Shown: positions 25,988 to 37,728 of the stretch, piece by piece
Layout of the letters: each line of letters starts with the position of its first letter
How positions within the stretch are numbered: position 1 is the first letter of the stretch
Assembly (NCBI RefSeq): GCF_963921235.1
Contig: NC_086097.1
Coordinates: 33,482,001-33,546,000 of the forward strand
Direction of reading: 5' to 3'
DNA: 64,000 nt
From: Mobula hypostoma
Lineage: Eukaryota
Notes under the pieces: generated by a model
What the model was told of the DNA's origin: nothing
What the model saw: the letters and a program-made list of their open reading frames with translations, nothing else
The model's database searches: none
Position numbers and translations under genes: made by a program

Positions 25988-26206
25988 AACAGGAATTCTG
26001 CAGATGCTGGAAATTCAAGCAACACACATCAAAGTTGCTGGTGAACGCAGCAGGCCAGGCAGCATCTGTAAGAAGGGGTGCAATCGACGTTTCAGGCCGA
26101 GACCCTTCGTCGGTCCTGACGAAGGGTCTCGGCCTGAAACGTCGACTGTACCTCTTCCTACAGATGCTGCCTGGCCTGCTGCGTTCACCAGCAACTTTGA
26201 TGTGTG
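25988..26206. mobile_element. Palindromic Penelope terminal-repeat insertion with 16-bp TSD
   Basis: Inverted arms at about 26021-26111 and 26117-26208; flanking direct repeat TTCCTGGCACATAAAC at 25972-25987 and 26207-26222. Confidence 0.85.
26111..26148 (+). ncRNA. Minimal type-I hammerhead ribozyme motif
   Basis: CGGUC / CUGACGA-A / GGGU-CUCG-GCCU / GAAACGUC / GACUG: stem I, conserved core, stem II and palindromic ACGU stem III with a GUC cleavage triplet. Confidence 0.7.
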
Positions 26207-26248
26207 TTCCTGGCACATAAACCTTTGTTCTTAATCTGTGTTGGTGTT

Positions 26249-26440
26249 GGGCACGTGGCCACGTGGTTAAGGCATTCGTCTAGTGATCTGAAGGTCGCTA
26301 GTTCGAGCCTCAGCTGTGGCAGCGTGTTTGTGTCCTTGAGCGAGGCACTTAACCACACATTGCTCTAGTGTCTGTGCGAAGAGTGGCGCCCCACACAGAC
26401 TTCCAATCTACGTCTTGTAAGACATGAAAATGCCTGAGTC
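26249..26440 (+). mobile_element. tRNA-derived SINE
   Basis: A-box TGGCCACGTGG and B-box GTTCGAGCC, followed by gtgtccttgagcgaggcacttaacc. Confidence 0.75.
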
Positions 26441-26689
26441 GACATTCCCTCCCTCCCCCTTAACCTATGACAACTTGTAACCATCACCCCAATTCCCAAG
26501 CATGAACCCTTTCTCTGATCAGAGCCGTAACTTGTTAAACTATCCTAATCCCTAACTCTAAATACCATCTGACCCACAGCTGACCTAACTCACACTAACA
26601 CTAAATGCTGACTCATACTTCACCCTAACCTGCTCCCCGTCCCTGACCCCCAGCGCTCAGCTCCCGACCCTGACCTGGCCCCTAACCTT

Positions 26690-27870
26690 ACATTGTTTAC
26701 TTGGATTTTCAGAAGGTCTTTAACAAGGTGCCATACATTAGGCTGCTGAACAAGATAAGGGCCCATGGTATTGCAGAAAAGATGCTACCATGGATAGAAG
26801 ACTGGCTGATTGGCAAGAGGCAGAGAGTGGGAACAAAAGGGGGCTTTCTAGTTGGCTGCCAGTGACTAGTGGTGTTCCACAAGGGTTGGTGTGGGGACCA
26901 CTTTTCACATTATAGGTCAGTGATTTGGATGAAGAATTGATGTCTTTATGGCCAAGTTTGCTGATGATACAAAGCTAGGTGAAGGGGCAGGTGGTGCTTA
27001 GGAAGCAGAGAGTCTGCAGAAGGACTTAGACAGATTGGGACAATGGGCAAAGAAGTGGCAGGTGAAATATAGTGTTGGGAAGTGTATGGTCATGCACTTT
27101 GGTAGAAGGAATAAAGAAATAGACTATTTTCTAAATGGGGAGAACATTCAGAAATCAGATGTGCAAAGGAACTTGGGAGTCCTCGTGCAGGATTAACTAG
27201 CAGTTTGAATTGGTGGTAAGAAAGGCAAATGCAATGCTAGCATTCACTTCAAGAAGACTAGAATATAAAAGCAGGGATGTCATGCTGAGGTTTTATAAGG
27301 CATTGGTCAGATTGCACCTGGAGTATTGTGAGCAGTTTTGGGCCCCTTACCTAAGAAAAGATGTGCTGGCATTGGAGAGGGTCCAGAGGAGGTTCATAGG
27401 AATGATCCTGGGAATGAAAAGGTTAATTTAATGCATGAGAAGCATTTGATGGCTCTGGGCCTTATCTCATTGGATTTTGTAAGAATGTAAGCGGGGGGGG
27501 GGGGGTTGTGGATCTTATTGAAACTTATTGAATATTGAAAGGCCTAGAGTGGATGTGGGAGGAATCTCAGACCAGAGGGCACAGCCTCAGAATAGAAGGA
27601 CTTCCCTTTAGAACAGAAATGAGGAGGGATTTCTTTAGGCAGAGAGTGGAGGATCTGTGGAATTCTTTGCCTCAGACAGCTGTAGAGGCCAAGTCATTGG
27701 ATGTATTTAAAGCAGGGGTTAATAGGTTCTTGATTAGTAGGGGCATCAAAGATTATGGGGAGAAGGAAGCAGAATGGGGTTGAGAGGGATAATAAATCAG
27801 ACATGATTGGATGGTGGAGCAAACAATGAGTCAAATGGCCTAATTCTGCTCCTGTATCATATGGTCTTGT
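26690..27870 (+). mobile_element. CR1-type LINE RT/3' remnant
   Basis: KFADDTK and RLHLEYCEQFW remnants plus a CR1-like tail. Confidence 0.85.
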
Positions 27871-28246
27871 GCTTTCATATCTACTGTACAACACTATACA
27901 CTGTTATGCTGAGTGTGTGTGTGCATATTGTTGCTAACACAACCAGTCTGTGTATCTACCCTCTCAGACAGAGACACACTCATAATGCGCCACTACACAG
28001 TGTTACATTGTGTGTGTGTGCGTATTGTCTTAACATACACATGCACGTACTTTCTCTCATGGCTCCCTCACCATTTCAATATAAACCTCACCCTGCAATG
28101 TGGAGAGCAGCCCAGTGCTTTCTGAGACTGTTCATTCTCTTTTCTGGAGGATGGTCCGTTCTGTTCTATTGAGGAATGGAAGCCATTTAAATGACAGTCT
28201 ATCCCTAACTGGCTGAACAGGTTGAGGACAATCTGAAGTTGAAAAA

Positions 28247-29255
28247 GGAGACATGGGACAGTGTGGGGGTGTTTGACAGGAGACAGTGTGGGGGTGTTTG
28301 ACAGGAGACAGTGTGGGGGTGTTTGACATGGGACAGTGTGGGGGGTGTTTGACAGGAGACAGTGTGGGGGTGTTTGACATGGGACAGTGTGGGGCTGTTT
28401 TACAGGAGACAGTGTGGGGGTGTTTGACATGGGACAGTGTGGGGGGTGTTTGACAGGAGACAGTGTGGGGCGTGTTTGACAGGAGACAGTGTGGGGGTGT
28501 TTGACATGGGACAGTGTGGGGGGTGTTTGACAGGAGACAGTGTGGGGCGTGTTTGACAGGAGACAGTGTGGGGCTGTTTGACATGGGACAGTGTGGGGGT
28601 GTTTGACATGGGACAGTGTGGGGCTGTTTGACAGGAGACAGTGTGGGGGTGTTTGACATGGGACAGTGTGGGGGGTGTTTGACAGGAGACAGTGTGGGGC
28701 GTGTTTGACAGGAGACAGTGTGGGGCTGTTTGACATGGGACAGTGTGGGGGTGTTTGACATGGGACAGTGTGGGGGCTGTTTGACAGGAGACAGTGTGGG
28801 GGTGTTTGACATGGGACAGTGTGGGGCTGTTTGACAGGAGACAGTGTGGGGGTGTTTGACATGGGACAGTGTGGGGGGTGTTTGACAGGAGACAGTGTGG
28901 GGGTGTTTGACAGGAGACAGTGTGGGGCTGTTTGACATGGGACAGTGTGGGGCTGTTTGACAGGAGACAGTGTGGGGGTGTTTGACAGGAGACAGTGTGG
29001 GGGGTGTCTGACATGGGACAGTGTGGGGGTGTTTGACAGGAGACAGTGTGGGGGGTGTCTGACATGGGACAGTGTGGGGGTGTTTGACATGGGACAGTGT
29101 GGGGGTGTTTGACATGAGACAGTGTGGGGATGTTTGACATGGGACAGTGTGGGGGTGTTTGACGTGGGACAGTGTGGAGGTGTTAGGCATGGGACAGTGT
29201 GGGGCTGTTTGACAGGAGACAATGTGGGGCTGTTTGACTGGAGACAGTGTGGGGA
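28247..29255. repeat. ~24-bp minisatellite GACAGTGTGGGGGTGTTTGACA(GGA/TGG)
   Basis: About 40 units with two interspersed variants. Confidence 0.95.
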
Positions 29256-29764
29256 AGTGTGTGATGGGTCACTGCAGAGGGGCTCTGTTAATAGTCCATA
29301 GAACATGCAATTGTTACAAATACTCAATTAGTAAACCGCTCATGTGAGCATTGCATCTCATTAATGTCTCTTCAATTGAATTATAGAGATTATAACACAA
29401 ACAATTCATTAATGATTTAGGAAATCATACTAATTAACATTATGAAATAAGATCATTTACACAATTGATTCACATTTGTACTTCCTCTGGTTTGGTGTTT
29501 ATGAAGTTACAGAACAGATACTCCGCCTGGAGAGTGGAACTGCGAGACACTGGTCAGTGTACAGATCAAGAGGGAGGGAGGGACAGAGTCAGTGCACTGT
29601 TCTCCTCTTGAAAGAGTGGGGCTGAGATACACCTGTTTAGTGTAAAGAGCTCCCCCCACCGGTCTATCACTACCCTTGAGAGAGAGGGACTGAAAGACAC
29701 CTGTCAGTGTACCGATCTCTCCCCACCCCACCCCCAGAAAGAGAGGGATTGAGAGACTGTAAAC

Positions 29765-31475
29765 CATAGGAGCAGAATTAGGCCATTTGGCCCATCAAGT
29801 CTGCTCTGCCTTTCAATCATGGTTGTCCATTTTTTCCCCAGCCTTCTCTCCATAACCCTTGATGCCATGTCCAGTCAAGAACCTATCAAGCCCTGCCTTA
29901 TATACACCTAACGACCTGACCTCACAACTTCCTGTGGCAATAAATTCCACAAATTCACCATCCTTCGGCCAAAGGTATTTCTCGGCATCTCTGTTTTAAA
30001 TGGATGTTCCTCTATCCAGAGGCTGTGCCCTCTTGTCCTAGACTCCCCCACCATGGGAAACATCCTTTCCACATCTACCATGCCTTTCAACGTTTGGAAG
30101 GTTTCAATGAGATCCCCTATCATCCTTCTAAATTCCAGCAAGTACAGGCCCAGAGCTATCAAACGTTTCTCATATGATAACCCTTTCATTTCCAGAACCA
30201 TCCTTGTGAACCTCCTCTGAACCCTCTCCAATGCCAGCACATCTTTTTTTAGATGAAGAGCCCAAAACTGTTCACAATACTCTAAGTGAGGCCTCACCAG
30301 AGCCTCATAAAGCCTCAGCACCCTGCCCTTGTATTCTAGACCTCTTGAAATGAATGCAAACATTGCATTTGCTTCTTCACCACCAACTCTACCTGCAAGT
30401 TAACCTTTAGGGTGTTCTGCACAAGGACTCCCAAAACACTTTGCATGTCAGATTTTTGGATTTTCTCCTCATGATTTAGAAAATAGTCTGCACATTTATT
30501 TCTTCTACCAAAGTGCATGACCATGCATTTTCCAATACTGTATTTCATTTGCCACTTTCTTTCCCATTCTCCTAAAATGTCTGTCCTTCTGCAGCCTACC
30601 TGTTTCCTCAACACTACCCCTTCCACCAATCTTTGTATCATCTGCAAACTTGGCAACAAAGCCATCTATTCCATCATCTAAATCATTGATCTACAGCATA
30701 TATATGCAGCATAATACAGCATAAATAGAAGCAGTCCCAACACCGGCTCCTGCGGACACCAGTAGTCACTGGCAGCCAACCAGAAAAGGATCCTTTTATT
30801 CCCACTCACTGTCCCCTACCAATCAGCCAATGCTCTAACCTTGCTAGTAACTTCCCTGTAATACCATGGGCTCTTAACTTGGTAAGCAGCCTCATGTGTG
30901 GCACCTTGTCAAAGGCCTTCTGAAAGTCCAAATATACAACATCCACTGCATCCCCTTTATCTATGCTGCTTGTAATCTCCTCAAAGAATTCCAACAGGTT
31001 CATCAGGCAAGATTTTCCCTGAAGGAAACCATGCTGACTTTGTCCTGTCTTGTCTTGTGTCATCAAGTATTCCATAACTTCATCCTTAACAATTGACTCC
31101 AACATCTTCCCGACCACTGAGATCAGGCTAACTGGTCTATAATTTCCTTTCTGCTGCCTTCCTCCTTTCTTAAAGAGTGACATTTGTAATTTTCCAATCC
31201 TCTGGCACTATGTCAGAGTCCAATGATTTTTGAAAGATCATTACTAATACCGCCACAATCTCTACTGCTAACTCTTTCAGAACCCTAGGCTGCAGTTCAT
31301 CTAGCCCAGGTGACTTATGTATCCTTAAGTCTTTCAGATTTTTGAGCATTTTCTCCCTTTTTATAGTAACTGTACTCACTTCTCTTCCCTCACCCACTTC
31401 AACATCTGGCACAATGCTAGTGTCTTCCACAGTGAAGATTGACGCAAACTACTTACTTAGTTCAGCTGCCATCAG
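29765..31475 (-). mobile_element. CR1-type LINE ORF2 remnant
   Basis: Minus-strand ORFs NYRPVSLISVVGK...YLDFQKAFDKVPH and RPHLEYCEQFW. Confidence 0.9.
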
Positions 31476-31518
31476 ATTGTGATTGTATCACTATGTTGGG
31501 CCAGAGTAGATCTCCTGA

Positions 31519-32275
31519 AACACACATCAAAGTTTCTGGTGAACGCAGCAGGCCAGGCAGCATCTCTAGGAAGAGGTACAGTCGACGTTTCGGGCCGAGA
31601 CCCTTCGTCAGGACTAACAGAAAGAAGAGCTAGTAAGAGATTTGAAAGTAGGAGGGGGAGGGGGAGATCCAAAATGATAGGAGAAGACAGGAGGGGGAGG
31701 GATGGAGCCAAGAGCTGAACTGTTGATTGGCAAAAGGGATACGAGAGGATTATGGGACAGGAGGCCTAGGGAGAAAGAAAAGGGGGAGGGGGGGGAAAAC
31801 CCAGAGGATGGGCAAGGGGTATAGTCAGAGGGACAGAGGGAGAAAAAGGAGAGAGAGAGTAAAAGAATGTGTGTGTGTATATAAATAAATAACGGATGGG
31901 GTACGAGGGGGAGGTGGGGCATTAGTGGAAGTTTGAGAAGTCAATGTTCATGCCATCAGACAGAATATAAGGTGTTGTTCTTCCAACCTGAGTGTGGCTT
32001 CATCTTTACAGTAGAGGAGGCCATGGACTGACATATCAGAATGGGAATGGGATGTGGAATTAAAATGTGTGGCCACTGGGAGATGCTGCTTTCTCTGGCG
32101 GACAGAGCGTAGGTGGTCAGTGAAATGATCTCCCAGTCTGCGTCGGGTCTCGCCAATATATAGAAGGCCACATCACTATTCAGGGCCCCAGACAGTCCTT
32201 CCAGGTGAGGTGACACTTCACCTGTGAGTCGGCTGGGGTGATATACTGCGTCCGGTGCTCCCGATGTGGACTCTC
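31519..32275 (-). mobile_element. Penelope-like element 3' portion (GIY-YIG remnant plus terminal repeat) with 5' inversion
   Basis: The - strand reads FYIGETRRRLGDHF...HFNSTSHSHSDMSVHGL...RLEEQHLIF. The immediately upstream segment (TCESAGVIYCVRCSRCG) lies on + at about 32175-32275. Confidence 0.85.
31579..31616 (-). ncRNA. Minimal type-I hammerhead ribozyme motif, intact core
   Basis: Reverse complement: UAGUC-CUGACGA-A-GGGUCUCGGCCC-GAAACGUC-GACUG. Confidence 0.75.
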
Positions 32276-32917
32276 TCTCCCTTACCCCATCTCCTTCCCT
32301 CCATCTCCCCTTCTCCAACCCCTCCCCCTCCCCGCCTCCTCTCTCTCCCTTTCTCTCCCCTCTTGATGCCTCTTCTCATCTCTCTCCTCCTTTCCCCCTC
32401 CCCCACACCTCCCTTCCCTCTCTTTACTCTTCTTCCCATCTCTCTCCCTTTCTCTCCCCCTCTCCTCACCCCCACAAGAGTAGACAGTCAGGACCCTTCA
32501 GACCATTGACCAGAGGGATCTTGGGGTGCAGGTCCACAGCCCCCTGAAAGTGGCACAACGGTTGAAAGGTGGTAAACAGTTGTGCGGCATGCTTGTCTTT
32601 ATTGATGAGGGTGCTGATTATAAGAGTCAGGAAGTCATACTGCATCTGTGTAAAACTCTTGTTAGATCACACATGAAATATTGCATTCATTTCTGGTCCC
32701 TCCATCACGGGAAGGACGTAGGGGCTTTAGAAGGGGTGCAGAAGAGGTACACTAAGATGTTGCCTCATTTCAGGAGTATGAGCTATAAGGGAGGTCAGAC
32801 AGACTTGGGTTGTTTTCTCTGGAGTGTCAGTGGCTGAGGGGAGACCTGATAGAAGAGTATAAAATGGTGATGATGATGAGATAGAGTCTTTTCCCCAGGA
32901 CCGAGATATCAAATACT

Positions 32918-33518
32918 TGATGCTGGGGTTGAGGCCTCCATCGGTCAGAGTTTACCATGAATGGTGCATCCTAACTGTCTAGATACACAAGCCTGGGCAG
33001 TACGATATGGAGAGCAAGCTGCTGCCCATGTAGCAAGCTCCCCCTCTCCACGCATCTGATGTACCCAAAGGAACGGCAGAGACTGATACAGTTTGGCACC
33101 GGCAGCGTCGCAGGAGTTGCCAGTCTACATTGAACTCAACGTAAGACTGCCTTAGAGACTCCAGGTCTGGATTTTTCTCTAAGGGTTTACTCCCAAAGCC
33201 TTCCCCATGAGCGGGTATAGCCACAAGGCAGCGGAGGTTTGAGATCAGAGTTTTCCTTCCCCTAGAAGAGCTGCCAACCTCAGCTGAGGAGCCCTATCTG
33301 CCTGAAGCGACAGGTTTTAAGGCGCCAGTAACCCGCCTTTGCCCCTTCTCCGGTCAGTAGAAACGGTTCCACCGGGCTTAGTATTTAAGCCACACGTGAA
33401 GGCCAGGAGCTGGTCTTGGTTGTCAGGGTCTATTTGAGGTACACACCATTGGCAGCTTTATTAGGTAATGGGACCTTGTCCCCATTACCACCCCCGGCAA
33501 TAACGACCTTGAGAACCA
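32918..33518 (-). mobile_element. Non-coding RTE-derived short retroelement with 10-bp TSD
   Basis: TSD ATCAAATACT at 32908-32917 and 33519-33528, inside a CR1 fragment. RTE-5'UTR-like motif ctaggggaaggaaaactctga on -. Confidence 0.65.
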
Positions 33519-33790
33519 ATCAAATACTATATATTTAAGGTGAGAGGGGGAAGGTTTAAAGAAGGTGTATGAAGTAAGTTTCATCCCCAGAGAGTGGTGG
33601 GACGTGCTGCCAGGGGAGGTCATAGAAACAGGTATAATATCAATGACCAAGCAGGTCAGGGAGGGATATAGACTAGGTGCAGGCAGAAGCGATAGTTTTA
33701 TTTGGCATCATGGTCAGCACAGAGCTGTGGGTCGAAGGGCCTGTTGTGCAGTTGTGTGGGTAGGAGTGAGTTCTCTTTCTGTCCCTCCTC

Positions 33791-33793
<3 letters not shown>

Positions 33794-33829
<36 letters not shown>

Positions 33830-33831
33830 CA
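33794..33831. repeat. (CA)n microsatellite
   Basis: Directly visible. Confidence 0.95.
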
Positions 33832-34719
33832 ATGGGTCTGTTCCTCTGCTCTGGGGTCAGAATCAGGTGTATTAACACTGACATATACCCTGAAATTTGT
33901 TGTTTTGTGGCACTAGTACAAAGCAAGACATAAAAATTACTGTAAGTTGCAATAGGAAATACATGCATAATTCCTATAATTATATAGTGTAAAAAGTGAG
34001 CAAAATAATGAGGGAGTTGTGGGAGTCACTCAAACATTCAGCAGACCCGTGCTGCCACGCAGGAGTACATGGGGGGTGTGGATTTATTGGTGTGCAGTAT
34101 GTGTGAGTAGGGGGGTGGTGCGGCAGGGTCCAGGGTCAGCAGGAACATCTTCACCAACATCCCACCCTCTCGGTGGCGGCTGGGGAGAAAGTTGGGCGAG
34201 TTAATTATTATCCAGGTTGGGCGCTGTAATATTTCGCCCAAGACCCTGGGATGACACAAGGCAAATTGGAAGTGAGTTGTATGACTGCTCTCTGATGAAG
34301 CCATTCAATCAGCGGGGACGTGGAAAGCCCAGCATAGCGATACACGAACGGAGGGAGAGAGGGAGAGGAAGGGAGGGAGAGATGAGTGAGGGGTAGAATC
34401 TGGATGGAAATGTGGGTAGAATAAAGTGGGATGAGTGTAAATGGGAAGTGGATGCTCAGCACAGACCTAATGGGCTGAATGGCCTGTTTTGCTGCTGTAT
34501 CTATGACTCCAGTGGGGATGTTTGTAAGTAGGTGGAGAACACTGGAATGGGGAGGCAGTGAGTGGAAGCGAGTTGTTCTGATGAGACAGGGACAGATGGA
34601 GGGGAGTGAAGAGAGTCCCAGTGGGGAGGAAGTCAGTTGTCACCGCCCTGTTGCCCTCAGACCCAGCAGGAAGGGGTGGGGAGGGGGGCAAGGCAGGAGG
34701 GAGAAGGTATTTGGAAGAC

Positions 34720-37700
34720 AGCAAGATTGGCTGAAAAGTGAGGAAGGCTATCAAAGTTTGCAGCAGGATCCGGACCAGCTGGAAAAATGGGCTGCTAGGT
34801 GGCGGATGGAACTTAATGCAGACAAGAGTGAGGTGTTGCATTTTGGGAGGGAAAACCAGTGTTGGACTTTCACAGTGAACAACAGGACACTGAGAAATAC
34901 TGTAGAATAGAGGGATCTGGGAGTACAGATCCATAATTCCTTGAAAGTGGTGTCACGGGTATATAGGGTTGTAAAGAGAGCTCTTGCCACATTGGCCTTC
35001 ATAAAGCAGACTATTAAGTACAGGAGTTGGAATGTTATGTTGAAGTTGTATAAGACGTTAGGAAGGACAAATTTGGAGTATGGTGAGTGTGCAGTTCTGG
35101 TCACCTACCTACAGAACAGATATCAATAAGATTGAAAGGGTACAGAGAAAATTGACAAGGATATTGTCAGGACTTGAGAACCTTAGTTATAGGGAAAAGT
35201 TGCAATGATTTAGCATTTTACTCCCTGGAGCATAGGAGAATAGGGGGAGATTTGATAAAGGTGTACAAAATGACGAGGGGTTAATGCAAGCAGGCTACCT
35301 TCACAGAGGTTGGGTGAGACTAAAACTCGAGGTCATGGGTTAAGGGTGAAAGATGAAATATTTAAGGGGACACAAAATATTCTGCGGATGCTGGGGTCAA
35401 AGCAACACTCACAACAAGCTGGAGGAACTCAGCAGGTCGGGCAGCATCCATGGAAAAGATCAGTCAACGTTTCGGGCCGGAACCCTTCATCAGCATATTC
35501 ATCAAATATTTAAGGAGAACCTGAGGGGGAACTTCTTCACTAGGAGAGTGGTCAGAGCGTGGAACAAGTTCCCAGCAGAAGTGGTGGATGCAGGTTCAAT
35601 TGCAACATCTAAGAGAAGTTTGGATAGGTACATGGACGGGAGGGGTATATAGAGTTATGGTCCAGGTGTGGGTCGATGGAATTAGGTAGAGCAACAGTTT
35701 CAGAAGGATTAGATGGGTCTTCGGACCTCGTTCTGTGCTGTATTGCTCTATGACTGTAACTTCATTAAAGCCTTTGGCTTTACTGCGGGCGGGTCATACT
35801 GTGGGAGAGGCAGTACTGGGGAACAGTGCACGGTGCGTGGAGTCAGTCTGTGGGTGGAACCACAGACTGCAGATGGACAACACATGGCTGAGAAAATGGT
35901 GCAGGACGAAGGGTTTCAGATTTTTGGATTATTGGGCTCTCTTCCAAGGAAGGTAGGACCACGGTTTGCACCTGAACTGGAATGGGACTAATATCCTTGC
36001 GGGAAGGTTTTCTAGTGCTGCACGGGGGGAGCTTTAAACTAGAGCTGCAGGGGGATGGAAACCAGAAAGTCAGAGCAGATAGTGGACTGATAGTGGGAAA
36101 GGATGTTGTCTCACTGCATACAAAGAAAGGAATTGAAAGGTTGAGCGTGGTGGGAATAATGTTCTGAGTTATGTTTACTCAGATGAGAGGCATTGATCGT
36201 GTGGATAGTCAGAGGCTTTTCCCCAGGGCTGAAATGGCTAGCACGAGAGGGCACAGGTTTAAGGTGCTTGGAAGTAGGTACAGAGGAGATGTCAGGGGTA
36301 AGTTTTTTACACAGAGAGTGGTGAGTGCGTGGAATGGTCTGCCAGTGATGGTGGTGGAGGCAGATACAATAGGGTCTTTTAAGAGACTCCTGGATAGGTA
36401 CATAGAGCTCAGAAAAATAGAGGGCTATGGGTAACCTTAGGTAATTTCTAAAGTAAGTACATGTTCGACACAGCAATGTGGGCCAAAGGGCCTGTATTGT
36501 GCTGTAGGTTTTCTATGTTCTATACTGTAATACAAGGAGTATCGTAGGAAAGGTGGATGAGCTTAGACCATGGCCCAACACGTGGAATTATGACATTGTA
36601 GCCATTAGGTTTGGACTTGGTTGCAAGGAAGGGCAGGACTGTCAGCTCAGTGTGTCAGGGTTCTGTTGCTTTAGACATGTTAGAGCAGGGTGTTGGGTGG
36701 TTAAAGGGGGAGAGATGGCATTACTAGTCAGGGAAAATGTCACGGTAATACTCAGACAGGACAGATTGGTGAGCTCGTTTACTGAGGTTGTACAGGTAGA
36801 ACTGAGGAGTAAGAAAAGTGATGATCACATTAATGGGATGACATCATAGACCACCCAATTGTCAGCGGGATTTAGAGAAGCAGATTTGTGGAGTTGCAGA
36901 TTGTTACAAGGAACATAAATTTATGATAGTAGGTGATTTTAACTTTCCACATATTGACTGGGACTCCCATACAGTGAAGTGCATGGAGGCAAAAGAGATG
37001 GGGGTTTCTTAAATTGATTTTTTTGCATCTGTATTTACTCAGGAGCTGGACACAGGACTATAGAAGTGGGGCAGACCAGCAGTGAGGTTGTAGACTGTAT
37101 GTGTATTACAGAGGAGGTGTTTGCTGTCTTGAGGCAAATTAGGGTGGATAAATCCCCAGGGCTTAACAAGATGTTCCCTCAGACCTTTTGGGAGGCTAGG
37201 GCAGAAATTACAGTAGCCCCAGCAGAGAAATTTAAAATGCCTTAGCAACAGATGAGGTGCTGGAGGATTGGAAGATAGTTAATGTTGTCCTGTGCTTTAG
37301 AAAGGCTCTAAGAATAAGCCAAGAAATTATAGGCCAGTAATTCTGACATCAGTTGTGGGAAAGTTATTGGAAGGTATTCTAAGGGAGCGGAGAAATAAAT
37401 ATTTTGATAGACAGGGACTGCTTGGGGATATTCAATGTGGCTTTGTGTGTGGTCGATCGTGTCTAATCAATCTTATAGGAAAGTTGATGAGGGCAAGGCA
37501 GTGGATGTTGTCTACATGGACTTTAGCAAGGCTTTTGACAAGGTCCTTCATGGGAGGTTACTCAAGAAAGTTCAGTGCCTTGCCATTCAAGATCAGGTAA
37601 TAATCTGGATTAGACATTGGCTTCAAGGGAGAAGCCAGAGAGTGGAAGTAGATGGTTGCCTCTCTAACTGGAGGCCTGTGACTAGTGGTGTGTCACAGAG

Positions 37701-37728
37701 ATCTTTGCTGGGTCCAGTCTTGTTTGTC
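34720..37728 (+). mobile_element. Cluster of CR1 fragments, including a short Penelope-repeat insertion at 35368-35503
   Basis: RT, endonuclease and 3'-end remnants. TSD AAATATTTAAGG at 35356-35367 and 35504-35515 flanks the Penelope fragment. Confidence 0.8.

Noticed and set aside
26249..26325. tRNA gene
   Set aside because: Continues into a SINE body with no proper acceptor stem or T-run terminator; a second similar copy lies at 47793.
28068..29327. 419-aa and 352-aa ORFs
   Set aside because: Translations of the ~24-bp minisatellite, open in all three minus frames, with no gene structure.
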